This document shows positions 13,109-25,669 of a stretch of DNA of 64,000 nucleotides, piece after piece. Source of the DNA: Mobula hypostoma (lineage: Eukaryota); contig NC_086097.1 in the NCBI RefSeq assembly GCF_963921235.1, positions 218,614,001 to 218,678,000 of the forward strand, given 5' to 3'. The position numbers were made by a program, and so were the translations under genes. The notes below the pieces were generated by a model. It made no database searches. It was given only the letters and a program-made list of their open reading frames with translations, and was not told the DNA's origin. Numbering within the stretch: position 1 is the first letter of the stretch; every line of letters starts with the position of its first letter.

Positions 13109-15829
13109 GTAAGTGCTTTTATTTTAGCTTATGCTTTTAATAACGGAGCACATGCCTCAAAAATGACTTCTTGTTTTCATTCACTACTAAATAATTCTAG
13201 ATATCACTCTGTGATGCACAGTCTCCTCAGAGATACAACAGAAAAACATCCTCTAGGTTATTCAAAGTCACAAAATAAAATTCAAAGGCTGACACTGCTT
13301 AGGCTTATCTGAAGTGCAGGATCACCTATTCTCTTTCTTTGGATTAGTTTTCAGAACCCAGTACCTTCTGCATCTCAGCTACAGATATTAAACTGCAGAG
13401 GTCTGTAGAGAGACATTGGCATTGATTTACCACTTCCTAGCTCTACAGAACTGCAAACAACTTAGCTGGTAAATAACTAAAGCTTGGTCTGTTATATGCA
13501 TGACATTTCCTCGAGGAAATTCACTTCAGAAACTTATGTTGAAATGCAAAGTAATGGTTTAAGAATTTTCCCTTAAAGGTTCTAGCAGAGAGGTTTGCAC
13601 ACAGGAAAGAGGTAACAGAGGTTGCTTGCTGCCTGCTGAAGAGGAGCCTCCTGTGATCGTTCAGAATATTAGGATTCTGTCTTTCCTTCATGGGTGCGGA
13701 GTTCCTTGTTCAATAAGCAAGTGGTTTCAGAGTGTTGGAAGATAATGCTGGAAATGCTCAAGTAGCATCATTAGAAAGAGGAAAACAGATTTAATTTTCC
13801 AAGTTGATGACATGTTTAAAAGTAAGTTGGCCAAATTCCTTGAAGTGTTTGTTGCCAAAGCCCTGTAAAACCTCCTGTAGCAACATTCAGTTTGCTGCCA
13901 GTTCTGAAATGACATTCTTGTTGGAAAGTCGCCAAAACTTCATTAGGTTCAGAGTAGAAAAGACCATTCTGTTACCATGCTCAGTCATCAGACAAAGGAA
14001 ATTCTTGCTCTGATGTGTCACTTATGTTGCAATGACACATCGGAACACCAGGAGACAATCTTGGTGGTATAAGAGCTTGCACTAACGTTGTCTGTGATCT
14101 CAGCTGTCTTGTCAGGACAGGAGATGGCACAGGAGATGAAGAGCTTGGTCCCACATAGTTCACTCTTATTGAGATTTACTGTCATTAATACTTGGTTCCA
14201 TCCGGCTCTGCATCATACCTCCAATAGAAAGCCAAATAATTTGTTATTTTATTCACAATAAAAATAAATAACCTTACCCAGCAGCATTTATTTGTTTGAC
14301 ATTGAACATGAGAGAGGCTTTCATTTTAATGAATACTTGTACAACATACCATGGTGAATGGCTGAATGGACTATGATCTTGATTACCTATATTCATTTTA
14401 TTTCTGTGCAAAGTATTAAACAAGAGGTACATTACAACATAGTTCATATGAATATGTACATATCCGCTTCTGCTCCCATCCTTCTTTTGAGCATCACCTC
14501 ATTGTTGAAGTGTTAATATTCTCAAAGTAATGTACACTGCCATATTGCACTAAACTCACATTATTTCATTAAATTCTTTATACATATATCTCTTTACCTA
14601 AAATGTTATAAATTAAAATGAGTGCTGAATGATAAAATTATGTTTTATTGCATTTGTCAAGACAGTTTTAACAAGATATTCTTATTTTCAATGACGTACA
14701 GTAATCAATCAAAATCTATTTGCTAGTATTTTCATAGATTCAAATAATTATTTAATGAAGCTTTCCCTTTCTTTGGAAGTGTTCTTTAAATGAGCTTAAC
14801 ACCAGGAAGTGACTGCAAGAACACCAACAGAGAAATAAATGCATCATTCCAAGGAGTGAGGGCATTAGTTGCTCAGACCAACATCAGTAACTTTGTATCC
14901 ATTCCTCCTTTTGTAGTGTGGCTTTCCAATGCATACAGAAGGGTGCAGTGACCCTAAGGTGCACTGCCATTGTGACAAGGTATCGTCCATTTAGGCCACG
15001 TGTATTACTCACCTTGAGTTGAGTTGGTGGGGGTAAAGGGAAGCTGAAGTGATCTGGTTCTGGAAATCTGGCCTTAAGACTCTCAATGGATTGGAAGAAA
15101 GTCATTAAGCACTCTGTAGCATTGCATCTTCCAGCTGCTTCTGAAATTGTGGCAGATCTATTGGTGAGCACAGAACTCCATGTGACCCCCCCCTTGCCCT
15201 TTTCAGTTGATCTGCTGGCACATTCAGTTAAGAGGCATTATTACTGCTATGATCAATCTTTTCTAATTTACTCTAATGCCAGTGATGTCTCTTGTAGCCA
15301 CTGGTTTGCCTAGAAATTTAGAGCAAAATTTTGAAGATGCACACTGAACGAAACATGCCCTGACTAGTACTTTTTTTTTGCTGCACTTAGAGATCTAGCA
15401 TGCCACAGTGCGGAGAACGAGATCTACCTCAGGCATTCGATAATAAACATGATACAATTAGGTGTCTTGGCAAAAGGGACCATAATATGACAAAAAATTA
15501 AAACAGAATTATAAAATGTACGATTTTGAGAGGTGAATTTGGGAAATTGGACCAAGGACTCCTGTTTGAAGAGAGCCATTGCTTAAATGATGATTATGTG
15601 GTGTACTTATCTGTTCTTCGCTGCTGGGAATGCTGAGAATGTTCTCTGTTTCTGGAATTCTGTTCAGTGAACAGGTCTACTGACTTGCTTTTATGCCTGG
15701 ATTTTGCTTTTTTCCCCGGATTTTGCTTTTTTCTCCAATGCCCACAAAGCATTTTGTGGATCATCTGATTAAAAAAAAAAAGACTTTCCTAATGTTATAG
15801 TGTTTCCTATCTGGCTACTTGGAGCTACA

Positions 15830-16182
15830 GAGTCATAGGGTCAAATAACACAGAGCAGGCTCCTTGGCCCACCAACTCACCAACCTGGCTGCACCCATCA
15901 AGCACCCGTTTACACTAATCGCACGCCCATCTAATTTTTACCCTCCCATCTCTCTAAGCAACTGTCCCCAGATTCTAGAACACACCTACGTCTGGACCAC
16001 TTAATCATAACTAATTAACCTCTGAACCCACACATCTACAGGGTGTGTTGGGGGGGGGGGACCAGAGGAAACTCGTATCACAGGGAGAGCATGCAAATTT
16101 GACATGGATAGCAACAAGGGCAGGATTGAACCCGAGTGACAGAACTGCATGGCAGAGGCTCTAACTGCTGCACCACTGAGCT
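15830..16182 (-). mobile_element. V-SINE-like element
   Basis: Reverse complement begins ctcagtggtgcagcagttagag...cgggttcaatcctg (A and B boxes), followed by a V-domain-like segment and a CR1-like tail. Confidence 0.65.
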
Positions 16183-16190
16183 AGCCTTTC

Positions 16191-16710
16191 GATAGATAGA
16201 TAGATATACTTTATTAATCCCGAGGGAAATTTGGTTTCATTACAGCCGCACCAGAGCGAAAAAATAGCAATACAAAAAACCCCAACAATCAAACAACAAA
16301 ATGCAAAACTATGCCAGATGGAAAATAAGTCCAGGACCAGTCTATTGGCTCAGGGTGTCTGACCCTCCACGGGAGGAGCTGCACCTTCGATGGCCACAGG
16401 CAGGAACGACCTCCTGTGCCTCCCAGTGTTGTATCATGGTGGAATGTGGCCGGTCCAACAGCAAAAAGTTCAATATCCAGTCTGCAAACACGTTCCTCGA
16501 TTGTAATATACCCCGGATTGCACCATCTGTTGCTAGCCAGATCAGTAAGCACCCCACTCCTTCACGCCGCTTACTGCTCTCAGTGCACTTCCAGTCAGGC
16601 GGAACGGTATTACCCACCGAACTCCTCTTCTCCAAAAGTCTCTGTTGTCTACCAGATGGATCATTTTGGCACTCTATTTTGCAGCTGGACAGCCTCAGGA
16701 TTTCCAAACA
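16191..16710 (-). mobile_element. Internally deleted non-autonomous Rex1/Babar derivative
   Basis: (TATC)n tail and 3' end shared with 51450-51720. These are joined near 16440 to endonuclease fragments CTESSKRREG and NRWCNPGYITIEERVCRLDIELFAVG. Confidence 0.75.
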
Positions 16711-17226
16711 GAGGCAACACCCAACCTTCTCCTAAATCGTTGATCTTGACTCCAATGACTTCTCTGTGAGATAGCTGTTATTGCATTCACAGCTCTGTGT
16801 GACTCCATTTACTTTGGAGAAATCCAATGCAGATTAAGTGACAACACTACCAGCTACTTCAGTCCTGTCTGCACTTGTGACTCCAAAACACTGTGGCCCA
16901 TTATTCCTATTCTACGTCTGATGTCCTTGTTCATTTCTCTGTTATTAACTTCATGTAGTCCTTCAGTGAAGTGCAACACAAGCTGCAAAGTGGAGAACAT
17001 TTATTTTCTCGATGGTATCAAGTAATCCTGTGTCTGAGTTCACTTCAGTTACTTAATAGTATGATGATAATTTTATATTTAAACATGTTTTAAATTCAAC
17101 CTCCAATTCTTTAACACTATCTTGCACTTGTTATTGCTTAACTGAGATAACTTTCAGTGCTCCTCTACAAAAGCTTCTGCTCAATCTGTATTAATATGCT
17201 TTTCTCACTGTAAATGAGTAAATATA

Positions 17227-17568
17227 CAGTAACATCTGGTAATTCAACATCTTTGGTGCCAAGCTAGCATACTTTTGGATAGTACTCTTATTAGTACCCC
17301 ACCACAATTTTAGTTCATTTTTTTAAAGATATTTCATAATAAACTTTCCAGTGATCCCAGTGAGTTTAAAAGGACTGCAGGAACAGGATATTTTGCTGAG
17401 TTTCAAAGGAATGAACCAAGGTCTCGGTGAGTTTAAAGGGAATGCAGGAAATGGGGCCCCTGGTGAGGTTAAAGGGGACTGTAGGAAATGAGTTTAAATC
17501 CAATATGGGAAACAACCAGATGCTAAACCATCAAGATTTCTGGACAATTGGTTATCGGAATTTTACTG
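17227..17568. mobile_element. Old Tc1/pogo (Tigger)-like MITE with internal ~40 bp repeats
   Basis: Imperfect TIRs cagtaacatctggtaat / ttatcggaattttactg, preceded by TA. Contains four to five copies of gtgagtttaaa(g)gga-tgcaggaa. Confidence 0.5.
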
Positions 17569-17906
17569 TGCTTTTTTATCTTTTTCTTTTCAGCCCTGAT
17601 GAATGGTTCCTACAGAAATAGAAATGCTTTGTACTCTCATCATTCTGTCTTTGACCTAGATCACCTGCATTTATTTCACTTGTGCAATGGGATGTCGGGA
17701 AAGAGGCAGAGAGCCTCAAAACATAAAGGAAAATACATTTGAATATCAGTGAACTGTAAACTCAGTTTTAGAAATATTTGAAAATGCCCTATTTTGATAC
17801 GCTCTATTTCTATCCAAGTGTTTTACTTCTGTATGATGTATGTCTGGATTTCTTTTAAAATGAATTATTTTCTTAAAAAAATCTGCCTCATTTAGTCTGT
17901 CACAAA

Positions 17907-17940
17907 CTACTACTGCTACTACGTTGACTCAGGCCTAGGC
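17907..17940 (-). mobile_element. 34 bp retroposon tail insertion with 10 bp TSD
   Basis: ctgtcacaaa is duplicated at 17897-17906 and 17941-17950. The insert on the minus strand reads gcctaggcctgagtcaacgtagtagcagtagtag, with a (GTA)n-like tail. Confidence 0.75.
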
Positions 17941-17985
17941 CTGTCACAAAACCGCATAATTAGCAAATGGATTTTCTTTGGATAG

Positions 17986-18071
17986 GACAATAAAGATTCC
18001 AGACTCTGCGGATGGTCTTGGATTTCAGATTCGAGGATATGGTCCATCAGTTGTCCACGCTATTGGCAGAG
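17986..18071 (+). CDS. PREX2: PREX2 coding exon (PDZ2 N-terminal part)
   Basis: ttttctttggatag acceptor, GTAAAA donor. Encodes [28 protein letters not shown](G), including the GLGF motif. 86 bp. Confidence 0.96.
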
Positions 18072-18284
18072 GTAAAAAGATTTTTTTGCCAGGCACGTTT
18101 AACACCAGTCACTGACAAACACCTGGCTGACATCTGTATGCTGTCAATGAAAGGAAAATTTACTTAATTACCTGTTTTAAACTGCATCAGTATGCACTGG
18201 TACATAACTGCCATTAGTGGATAGCACGGAATGTTTCTCCTTCAAGTGTTGTACAGTCAAAACTTGCAATTTATATTTTATAGC

Positions 18285-18802
18285 AACTCACTCAGGTTGG
18301 AGGAACAACACCTTATATTCCGTCTGGGTAGCCTCCAACCTGATGGCATGAACATTGACTTCTCTAACTTCCGCTAGGCCCCACCTCCCCCTCGTACCCC
18401 ATCTGTTACTCTTTTTAATGCACACATTCTTTCTCTCACTCTCCTTTTTCTCCCTCTGTCCCTCTGAATATACCTCTTGCCCATCCTCTGGGTCACCCCC
18501 CCCCGTCTTTCTTCCCGGACCTCCTGTCCCATGATCCTCTCGTATCCTCTTCTGCCTATCACCTGTCCAGCTCTCGGCTCCATCCCTCCCCCTCCTGTCT
18601 TCTCCTATCATTTTGCATCTCCCCCTCCCCCTCCAGCTTTCAAATCCCTTACTCACTCTTCCTTCAGTTAGTCCTGACGAAGGGTCTCGGCCTGAAACGT
18701 CGACTGCGCCTCTTCCTATAGATGCTGCCTGGCCTGCTGCGTTCACCAGCAACTTTGATGTATGTTGCTTGAATTTCCAGCATCTGCAGAATTCCTGTTG
18801 TT
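18285..18802 (+). mobile_element. Penelope-like element 3' fragment (GIY-YIG C-terminus plus terminal repeat)
   Basis: Translates as LRLEEQHLIFRLGSLQPDGMNIDFSNFR*, followed by a pyrimidine-rich UTR and a terminal repeat carrying a hammerhead motif. Confidence 0.85.
18669..18706 (+). ncRNA. Minimal type I hammerhead ribozyme motif in the Penelope terminal repeat
   Basis: Sequence is tagtc-CTGACGA-agggtctcggcct-GAAAC-GTC-gactg. Intact CUGANGA and GAAA core; stem I AGTC/GACT; stem II AGG/CCT; palindromic ACGU in place of stem III; GUC cleavage triplet. Confidence 0.7.
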
Positions 18803-20524
18803 TGCATTTATATTTTATAGTTACATTGTATTCAACTGACATGTTTGTTGGGTCTTGAAATATTGAAGGACAGCTTCAAAAACAGTGAAGGCTGCACGTT
18901 TAATCAAATTTCTTTCAACAGAAGTGCCAAAGTAGCCAAGTTACATTTATTTTCATGTAATGGATTTATGTTCGTAATAAAAACATGATTTGTTTTGTAG
19001 TAAGGACCTGGTTGCATATGGTTATGGCTGATAAGCCTGACTTAGATATAGGGGGATGGTGTTTGAGGAGCAGGTCAAAAATGAGGCAAGAGAGGGAGGG
19101 TAGGTTGGAGATCGGTGATCATTTTGGGTTGTGGAGGGGCAGGAGATCTCAGGTCTGGGAGGAGTGGAAGATCGTGGTCTGCTTCTGGAGAGATTGTATA
19201 TCGGAATATGGAAGGTTGGGGTTATGTGGAGGGGACAATTGGAGATTATGATTAGGTAAGTAAAGGATTTAACTAATTGGGATCTGGGTCAATTCCTATG
19301 CCAGTAACACCAGAGGTTCTCAACAATGGTGATTTCTATAGCAGTCTGCCTACTTTCCTTTGCAAAGATACATTGCATTGAAGTTGATATTGCCCCTTGA
19401 GTTACTGATGGTGTTAGCTGCACTTGGGTGTTTATTTAAATTTACAGCATGATCCTTAAAGACCTGGAAGTGGGAGTAATTGCAATTCACTCCCAATAAA
19501 AAAACATTTTTCAATTGCAAAATGCTGGAAGAAAAACTGCTTTGGACAACTGAATTTCTAGGCATTTGTGTGTTAAATTTTATGATAAAAAAAGATCTCA
19601 GAGAAGACATGAAAGTGAAGGGACACAAAACTCTGAAAATATTCTTCAACCAGACAGGTTTGAATTCAAACCTTTCAATGAGGAATATTTTGGCTTGAAG
19701 GGAAGATTGCTACCAAATGAGTCATGTCTGAGATGGATTAAGGAAGAGGGAGTTCTCCACCTGGAGTTTCAAAATAGAGGATTTAAAACCTGGCATTTTA
19801 AGAAGTACACATTAAATCTTCAGTAATTAAATCTGCATCTGAGATCAAAGCTAGTTTAACTTGTGCATAATCCAATACGAAAAAAAAACAACCATAAAGA
19901 CCTCAACAACATTAAAAATTTGGGGCAAGTGATTTGATGTACCATGACATCCTGTAACAAATTCTGATATTCATTACATTGCATGACTTACTGTACATCG
20001 CAATCAATGTGAAACATTCCCAGAATTAATAAAAACACCAGATCCACACTGTTGTTGCTTGAACAAAGTCACTGGAGAAAATTACTGGTAGATACAAAGC
20101 AGCTTCTTTATTTGACAAAACAAGGTACAGCAGGCATCATATGGAGACACTTTTGGTTGAATGATCTCGCTGGCCCAACACTGGGCTCAATATTTTATGC
20201 GCTAAAGATCAAAGGACAACTCCATATTTACAATGTATGAGCAATGTTACACACAAACTTCACACCTCCTGATTCAAATCCACACCACTGACATCCAAAT
20301 GAATTTTAATCAGTATTGTCTGGACTGGGATTCACAATTTATAGGAACCCATTGTTCAGAGCTGCACTCCAAATTAAATCCCCAGTACTGTCTTTCAAAT
20401 GTGAAGACTGATAGCCAAAGTCAATTGCTAAATGCCCTAAACTCAAAAATCACTCTGCCACATACCACCAATAAATCACTTGCCTGATCATAGTTTCATG
20501 TAATGATACAGCACAAAAGCAGGC

Positions 20525-21070
20525 TGCTCAAAGATCAGAAACTGTAAACAGAATCAATGAACAACAAATTGGGCAAGTGTAAATATAAAGAAATAGCAAT
20601 AAATAATGAGTATGAAAGAACATGAAAAGAAAGAGCATGAAATCACAAGATCCTTCAATTGAGACCATCGGTTGTGGGAACACCAGAAATAGAATGAGTG
20701 TAGTTATCCCCTTTTGATCAAGAGCCTCATGGTTATGGGGTAGTAACTGTTCTTCATCCTTCTGGTATGAGTCCTGAGGCTCCCGTACCTTCTAACTGAT
20801 GGCAGTAGCGAGAAAAGAGCATGGCCTGGGTGGTGAGGATCTTTGATGATGGATGCTGCTTTTCCATGGCAACATTTCATGTAGATGTGCTCAATGGTTG
20901 GGAGGGCTTTACCTGTGATGTACTAGGCTGAATCTATTACCTTTTGTAGGATTTTTCGCTTAAAGGTGTTAGTGTTCCCAGACCAGGCCGTAATGCAGCC
21001 AGTCAGCGCACTTTCCACCACACATCTATAGACGTTTGCCAAGGTTTTTGATGACATACCGAATTATTCA
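20525..21070 (-). mobile_element. Rex1/Babar LINE 3' fragment
   Basis: Reverse complement resembles the 3' RT and UTR of 9290-10517 (tctatagatgtgtggtggaaagtgcgctgactggctgcattacggcctgg; ccctcccaaccattgagcacatctaca). Confidence 0.75.
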
Positions 21071-21249
21071 ATTAACCCCACTTCTCCACTCTCCTCCCTT
21101 GAGACCCAGTACTATTTTTCTTCAGGATCTCACCTTTCCCATGTACCTATGTCATCGGTGATAAGTCAGACGCTCAGTAAGTTACTTAACAGATTACAAC
21201 CTCTAATATTGCAAACTAAAAGGTTGCAGGTACTTAAAGTCAAGAAGCT

Positions 21250-21755
21250 GTACTTACACAATCCTTTGAGGGTGGCAGAAAACAGATGAAACCATTTTAA
21301 AAATCCATGTCATTCTATCTATGAGTATTAAAGGAATAGAGTTGCAACATAAAAAGTGGACTAAATCGAAAGGGGTGAATACAGGACTGAAGGTCTTATA
21401 CTTGAATGTGTGCAGAATATGGAATAGGGTGGTTGAACTTGTAGCGCAGTTACAGATTGGCATGTATGACATTGTGGGTGTCACTAAGTCGTGGCTGAAA
21501 GAAGGTTATAGCTACGAGCTTAACATCCAAGGATATTCATTCTTTCAAAAGGACAGGCATGTAGGCAGAGGGGGTGGTGTGGCTCTGTTGGTAGAAAATG
21601 GAATCAAGTCAAAAAAAGAAGAGACATCAGGTCAGAATGTGTGGAATCATTGTGGCTAGAGCTAAGGAACTGCAAAGGTAAAAAGACACTGATGGGAGTT
21701 GTATACAGACCCCCAAACAGTAGTTAAGATGTGGACTACAAATTACATTGGAGGA
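21250..21755 (+). mobile_element. CR1 ORF2 endonuclease N-terminal fragment
   Basis: LKVLYLNVCRIWN, YDIVGVTKSWL, KDRHVGRGGGVALLV and gtatacagacccccaaac (YRPPN). Confidence 0.8.
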
Positions 21756-22569
21756 TGTCTTAAACACGAGAAAACCTGCAGATACTGGAAATCCAAAGCA
21801 ACACACACAAAATTGTGTTCATATCTTCAACTATACTTTCTCTGGGTTTTCTGGGTATTTCTGAAATCATCCTTTCAGCAGTTTTAGAATAATTCTGTAT
21901 TCTTTCCAATTTCTAAGCAAAGTTGTAGAATTTTTGTTCTTCCTCCACATTTTTGATTAATTTGTTAATTCATTTAAAATCACATGAGTTTGTGTTTATT
22001 CCGTTTGCCTCAAAGTTTCAGATTAAATATATTCATGTAGCTACACGTGAATATGTGTTGCACTATCACACCCACCTGTGAATTTTATTAAGGTGCTCCT
22101 TCATTTGGCTGAAGTTCAATTTTTCTTTTTAACTCCAAAGCCTCATAATTATTCTATTTCTGCCAGCTGTTTTGTATTGCCCCTGTATTTGCATTATTTA
22201 GAAAATCCAAGTCAGAATAAACGAGGTACTCGATAATAAAATGATAATGCACTGGTTTTATCCCTTTAAAGTCACCTACTATTCTCCTTGATCTGTTTCC
22301 TGTTTTTCCATCAAGCAAATAGATTTTCTTCTTCTAGTGACCTTGTGGTTTGCTGCTAGAGAGCTGTATAGTCCCAACTATGATGGCCCAACAAGTTTAT
22401 GCTGTACTGCTGTATATATTTATAAAGTTAAAAATAATCTTGGCAAACACTCATGGAAACAAAATATTTCTTCTCTATCTATTGCAATATCTAGTCAGAC
22501 ACAACTCTAGTATGGCTTTGAAAGGAATCATTTAACTGATCACTCCAGTCCCATTTTGATCATCTGTCC

Positions 22570-23820
22570 TCAACTGTCAGGAAATTTATCGTTTTGTGGC
22601 AGCAGCACATTGCAATACATAATGATTTAAAAAACAATATGTATATAAAGCAGTGTAAAAAGAGAGCAAAAAATAATGGGATAGTGTTCATGGGTTCATT
22701 GTCATTTCAGAAATCTGATGGCAGCGGGGAAGAAGCTGTTCTTGTAACTTCGAGCGTGTGTCTTCAGGCTCCTGTATCTCTTCCCTGATGGTAGCAATGA
22801 GAAGAGGGCATGTTCTGGGTGATGGGGGTTCTTAATAATGTATGCCTCTTTCTTGAGGCATTGTCTTTTGAAAGTGTCCACGATGCTGGGGAGGCCAGAG
22901 CTGGCTGTGTTTAGAACTTTCTGTGGCTTTTTCCGATCCTGTGCAGTGGCCCCTCCATACCAGACAGTGATGCAGCCAGTTAGGATTTTCTACATGGTAC
23001 ACGTGTAGAAATTTGCAAGAGTCTCAGGTTACATACCCAGTCTCCTCAGCTCCTAATGAAATCTAGCCCCTGTTGTCCCTTCTCTGTAATTGTATCAATA
23101 TTTTGGACCCAGGATAGATCTTCAGAGATGTTGATACCCTGGAACTTGAAACTACTCACCTTTCCACTGCTAATCCCTCGATGAGGACTGGTGTGTGTTC
23201 CCTCGATTTCCCCTTCTTGGAGTCCACAATCAAATCTTTGGTCTTACTGACATTGAATGCAAGGTTGTTGTTGCGGTGCCACTCAACCAGCTGATCGATC
23301 TGGCTCCTGTACGTCTTCACGTCACCATCTGAAATTCTGCCAGCAATAGTTGTGCCGTCAACAAATTTATAGATGGTGTTTCAGCTGTACCAAGCTACAT
23401 TTTCGTGTTTGTAGAGAGAGTAGAGCAGTGGGCTAAGCACACATCCCTGAAGTGTGCCAGTGTTGATTGGCGGTGAGGAGAAGAGGTTATTTCCAATCCA
23501 CACCAACTGTGGTCTCCTGGTGAGAAAGTCAAGGATCCAGTTGCAGAGGGAGGTACAGAGATCCAGGTTTTGGAACTTGTTGACTAGAACTGAGGGTATG
23601 ATGGTGTTGAATGCTGGCCATAATCAGTAAAAAGCAGCCTAGTGTAGGTATTGCTATTGTCCAGGTAGTCCAAGGCTGAATGGAGAGCCAGCGAGATTGC
23701 ATCTGCTGTGGATCTATTGGTCCAGGTCCTTGTTTAGGCTGAAGCTGATTCTGGCTGTGAGTAACCTTTCAAACATTTCATCACAGTAGATGTGAGTGCA
23801 ACTGGATGATAGTTGTACTC
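22570..23820 (-). mobile_element. Rex1/Babar LINE, degenerate RT and 3' UTR
   Basis: Reverse complement contains cagggatgtgtgcttagcccactgctctactct ([11 protein letters not shown]) and aaatttgttgacggcacaact (KF.D.TT), plus tgcaactggatccttgactttctc. Confidence 0.8.
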
Positions 23821-24689
23821 CTTGAAATCACCAGAAATTCTGAACTGTAGGAATATGTATCGAGTGTGAGCATTATGTTTTCAGCTACCATGGGTAAATA
23901 GAAACACGAACCATTGTGTTTTCCTTTTGTAAGTGTCTTCGTGGTAATGTAATACTCTGTAAATTTGTGCATGATAGGCTAGAATAAAAAATGAATGGAA
24001 CATCTCGGAGCCCTTGGTCAGAAGGTTTGCCTTGAGCCTCCTCTATCATACTGCTTGGAATTGCAAAGTTCTTCTTAAAACTGCTCTGGAATTTCCTTCC
24101 ATATTCCAGAAACCCTCAATCAAAATGAAATAGTTCACGCATACTTGTTTTCCATTTTGTAAACTTTCTATTTATTTTCTCATTCTTAATTGACTTAATG
24201 TTTTCCTAACAAGATAAATTGTCTTGGAGATGAAGGGTAGAGAGAGGAGGAAGCTGAATGATTGCTATTTTCTTGCCACATTCACAGTTCATGATCCTCC
24301 TAGTGTTTAACTAACATCATCTATTTATTGTATCATAGATTTATAGAGTTGGACTGGATAGATAAGGGCCCTTTCTTGCACCACATCTATGTTAACCTTT
24401 GCCAACCACACACATCCCATTTGACAACAATTGATCAGTAAACTTTTATGCCTTAACTATTCAAAAACCTATCTACGTGTCTCCTAAATGTAGTGATTTC
24501 ATTTGACTCTACCCCCTCTTCTGGTAGTGCATTCCATAAATCAATCACTCTCTCTGTAAAAGAATGCATTCCTTTCACATCCCCATTTATAACCCCTTTT
24601 TTGACATTAATCCTATGTCTGCTTATCTTTGATCCACTGCCATGGGAAAAGATTCTGAGTGTCTATCATATCCACGATTCTTGGAATTT

Positions 24690-25669
24690 TCAAAGGTTTC
24701 AAAGGTACATTTAATGTCAGAGAAATGTACACAATATACATCCTGAAATACTCTTTCTTTGCAACCATCCACAAAAATAGAGGAGTGCCCCCAAAGAATG
24801 AATGACAGTTAAATGTTTGAACCCCAAAGCCCCCAACTCCCCCCTCCCACACATAAGTGGCAGCAAAGCAACAATCTTCCCACCCCCACCAGCAAAAAAA
24901 AAGCATTGGAACCCACCACCGAGCACTCAAGCATGCAGCAAAGCATCAGCAAAGACACAGACTTGCAGTACCCCAAAGACTACTCGTTCACCTGGTATTC
25001 AACATACACAGGTGTGCGCTCTCTCTCTCGCCCCCTCTCCCTCCCCCTCCCTCTCCCTCCCTCTCTCCCTCTCTCCCTCTCCCACTCCCTCTCCCACTCC
25101 CTCTCCCCCTCCCTCTCCCTCCTTCTCCCTCCCCCTCCCTCCCTCTCTCTCTCTCTCCCTCTCTCTCTCTCCCCCTCCCTCCCTCCCTTCCTAATAAGTG
25201 AAAAGAGGTGTCCCTTTTTCACAGCAAGAGGGGAGACATAACAAACAACTCATTGTTTTACGATGTTAAAAGTCCGTTGCGTCGCTTTTTCCGAGCTCTG
25301 TGCCCAAAGAACTTGGGTCTCTGGGCACACAGCCAGCAGCTAGCTCGCTGCTTTCGATCTTCCGTCTCCCACGACACACTGAATTCCAGCAGAGGCATCG
25401 ACCTTCAGTCCACCTGTCTCCAGAGCCACGAGATCCCGTAACTCCGAAGATGAGCTAATTTCCTAGGCCACATCCTTGGCATACCGAATAATGGTCAGTC
25501 ACGAAAGCTCGTGAGCGGGTCCCATTCGCACAAAGAACCAAAGTCAGCATGTAACTCCAGGTCAGGGTCTTCAAAGAACCCTGAAAGGGAAAAATAGAGA
25601 TATTGAAGTTAGAAATAGAGCTGTTCTTTCTGAAGATGCAAGCAGAGGAGTTGCTGTTAGGCTCCATTG
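24690..25669 (-). mobile_element. Non-coding non-autonomous retroposon with a Rex1-type tail and an internal CT microsatellite
   Basis: Minus strand ends ...gacattaaatgtacc(tttgaaa)cc(tttgaaa), like the Rex1 tails in this window. No RT frame. Inserted in a CR1. Confidence 0.6.
25019..25191. repeat. CT-rich polypyrimidine microsatellite
   Basis: About 170 bp of (CT)n/(CTCC)n/(CTCTCC)n. Confidence 0.95.

Noticed and set aside
17355..17500. Spaced ~25 bp repeats resembling a CRISPR array
   Set aside because: The repeats are degenerate and irregular, sit inside a MITE in a vertebrate intron, and there are no cas genes.
18288..18842. 184 aa minus-strand ORF
   Set aside because: It is antisense to the pyrimidine-rich 3' region of the Penelope element and is low complexity.
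24802..25241. Several Pro/Ser/Leu-rich and Arg/Glu-rich ORFs
   Set aside because: They are artefacts of the CT microsatellite, which has no stop codons.
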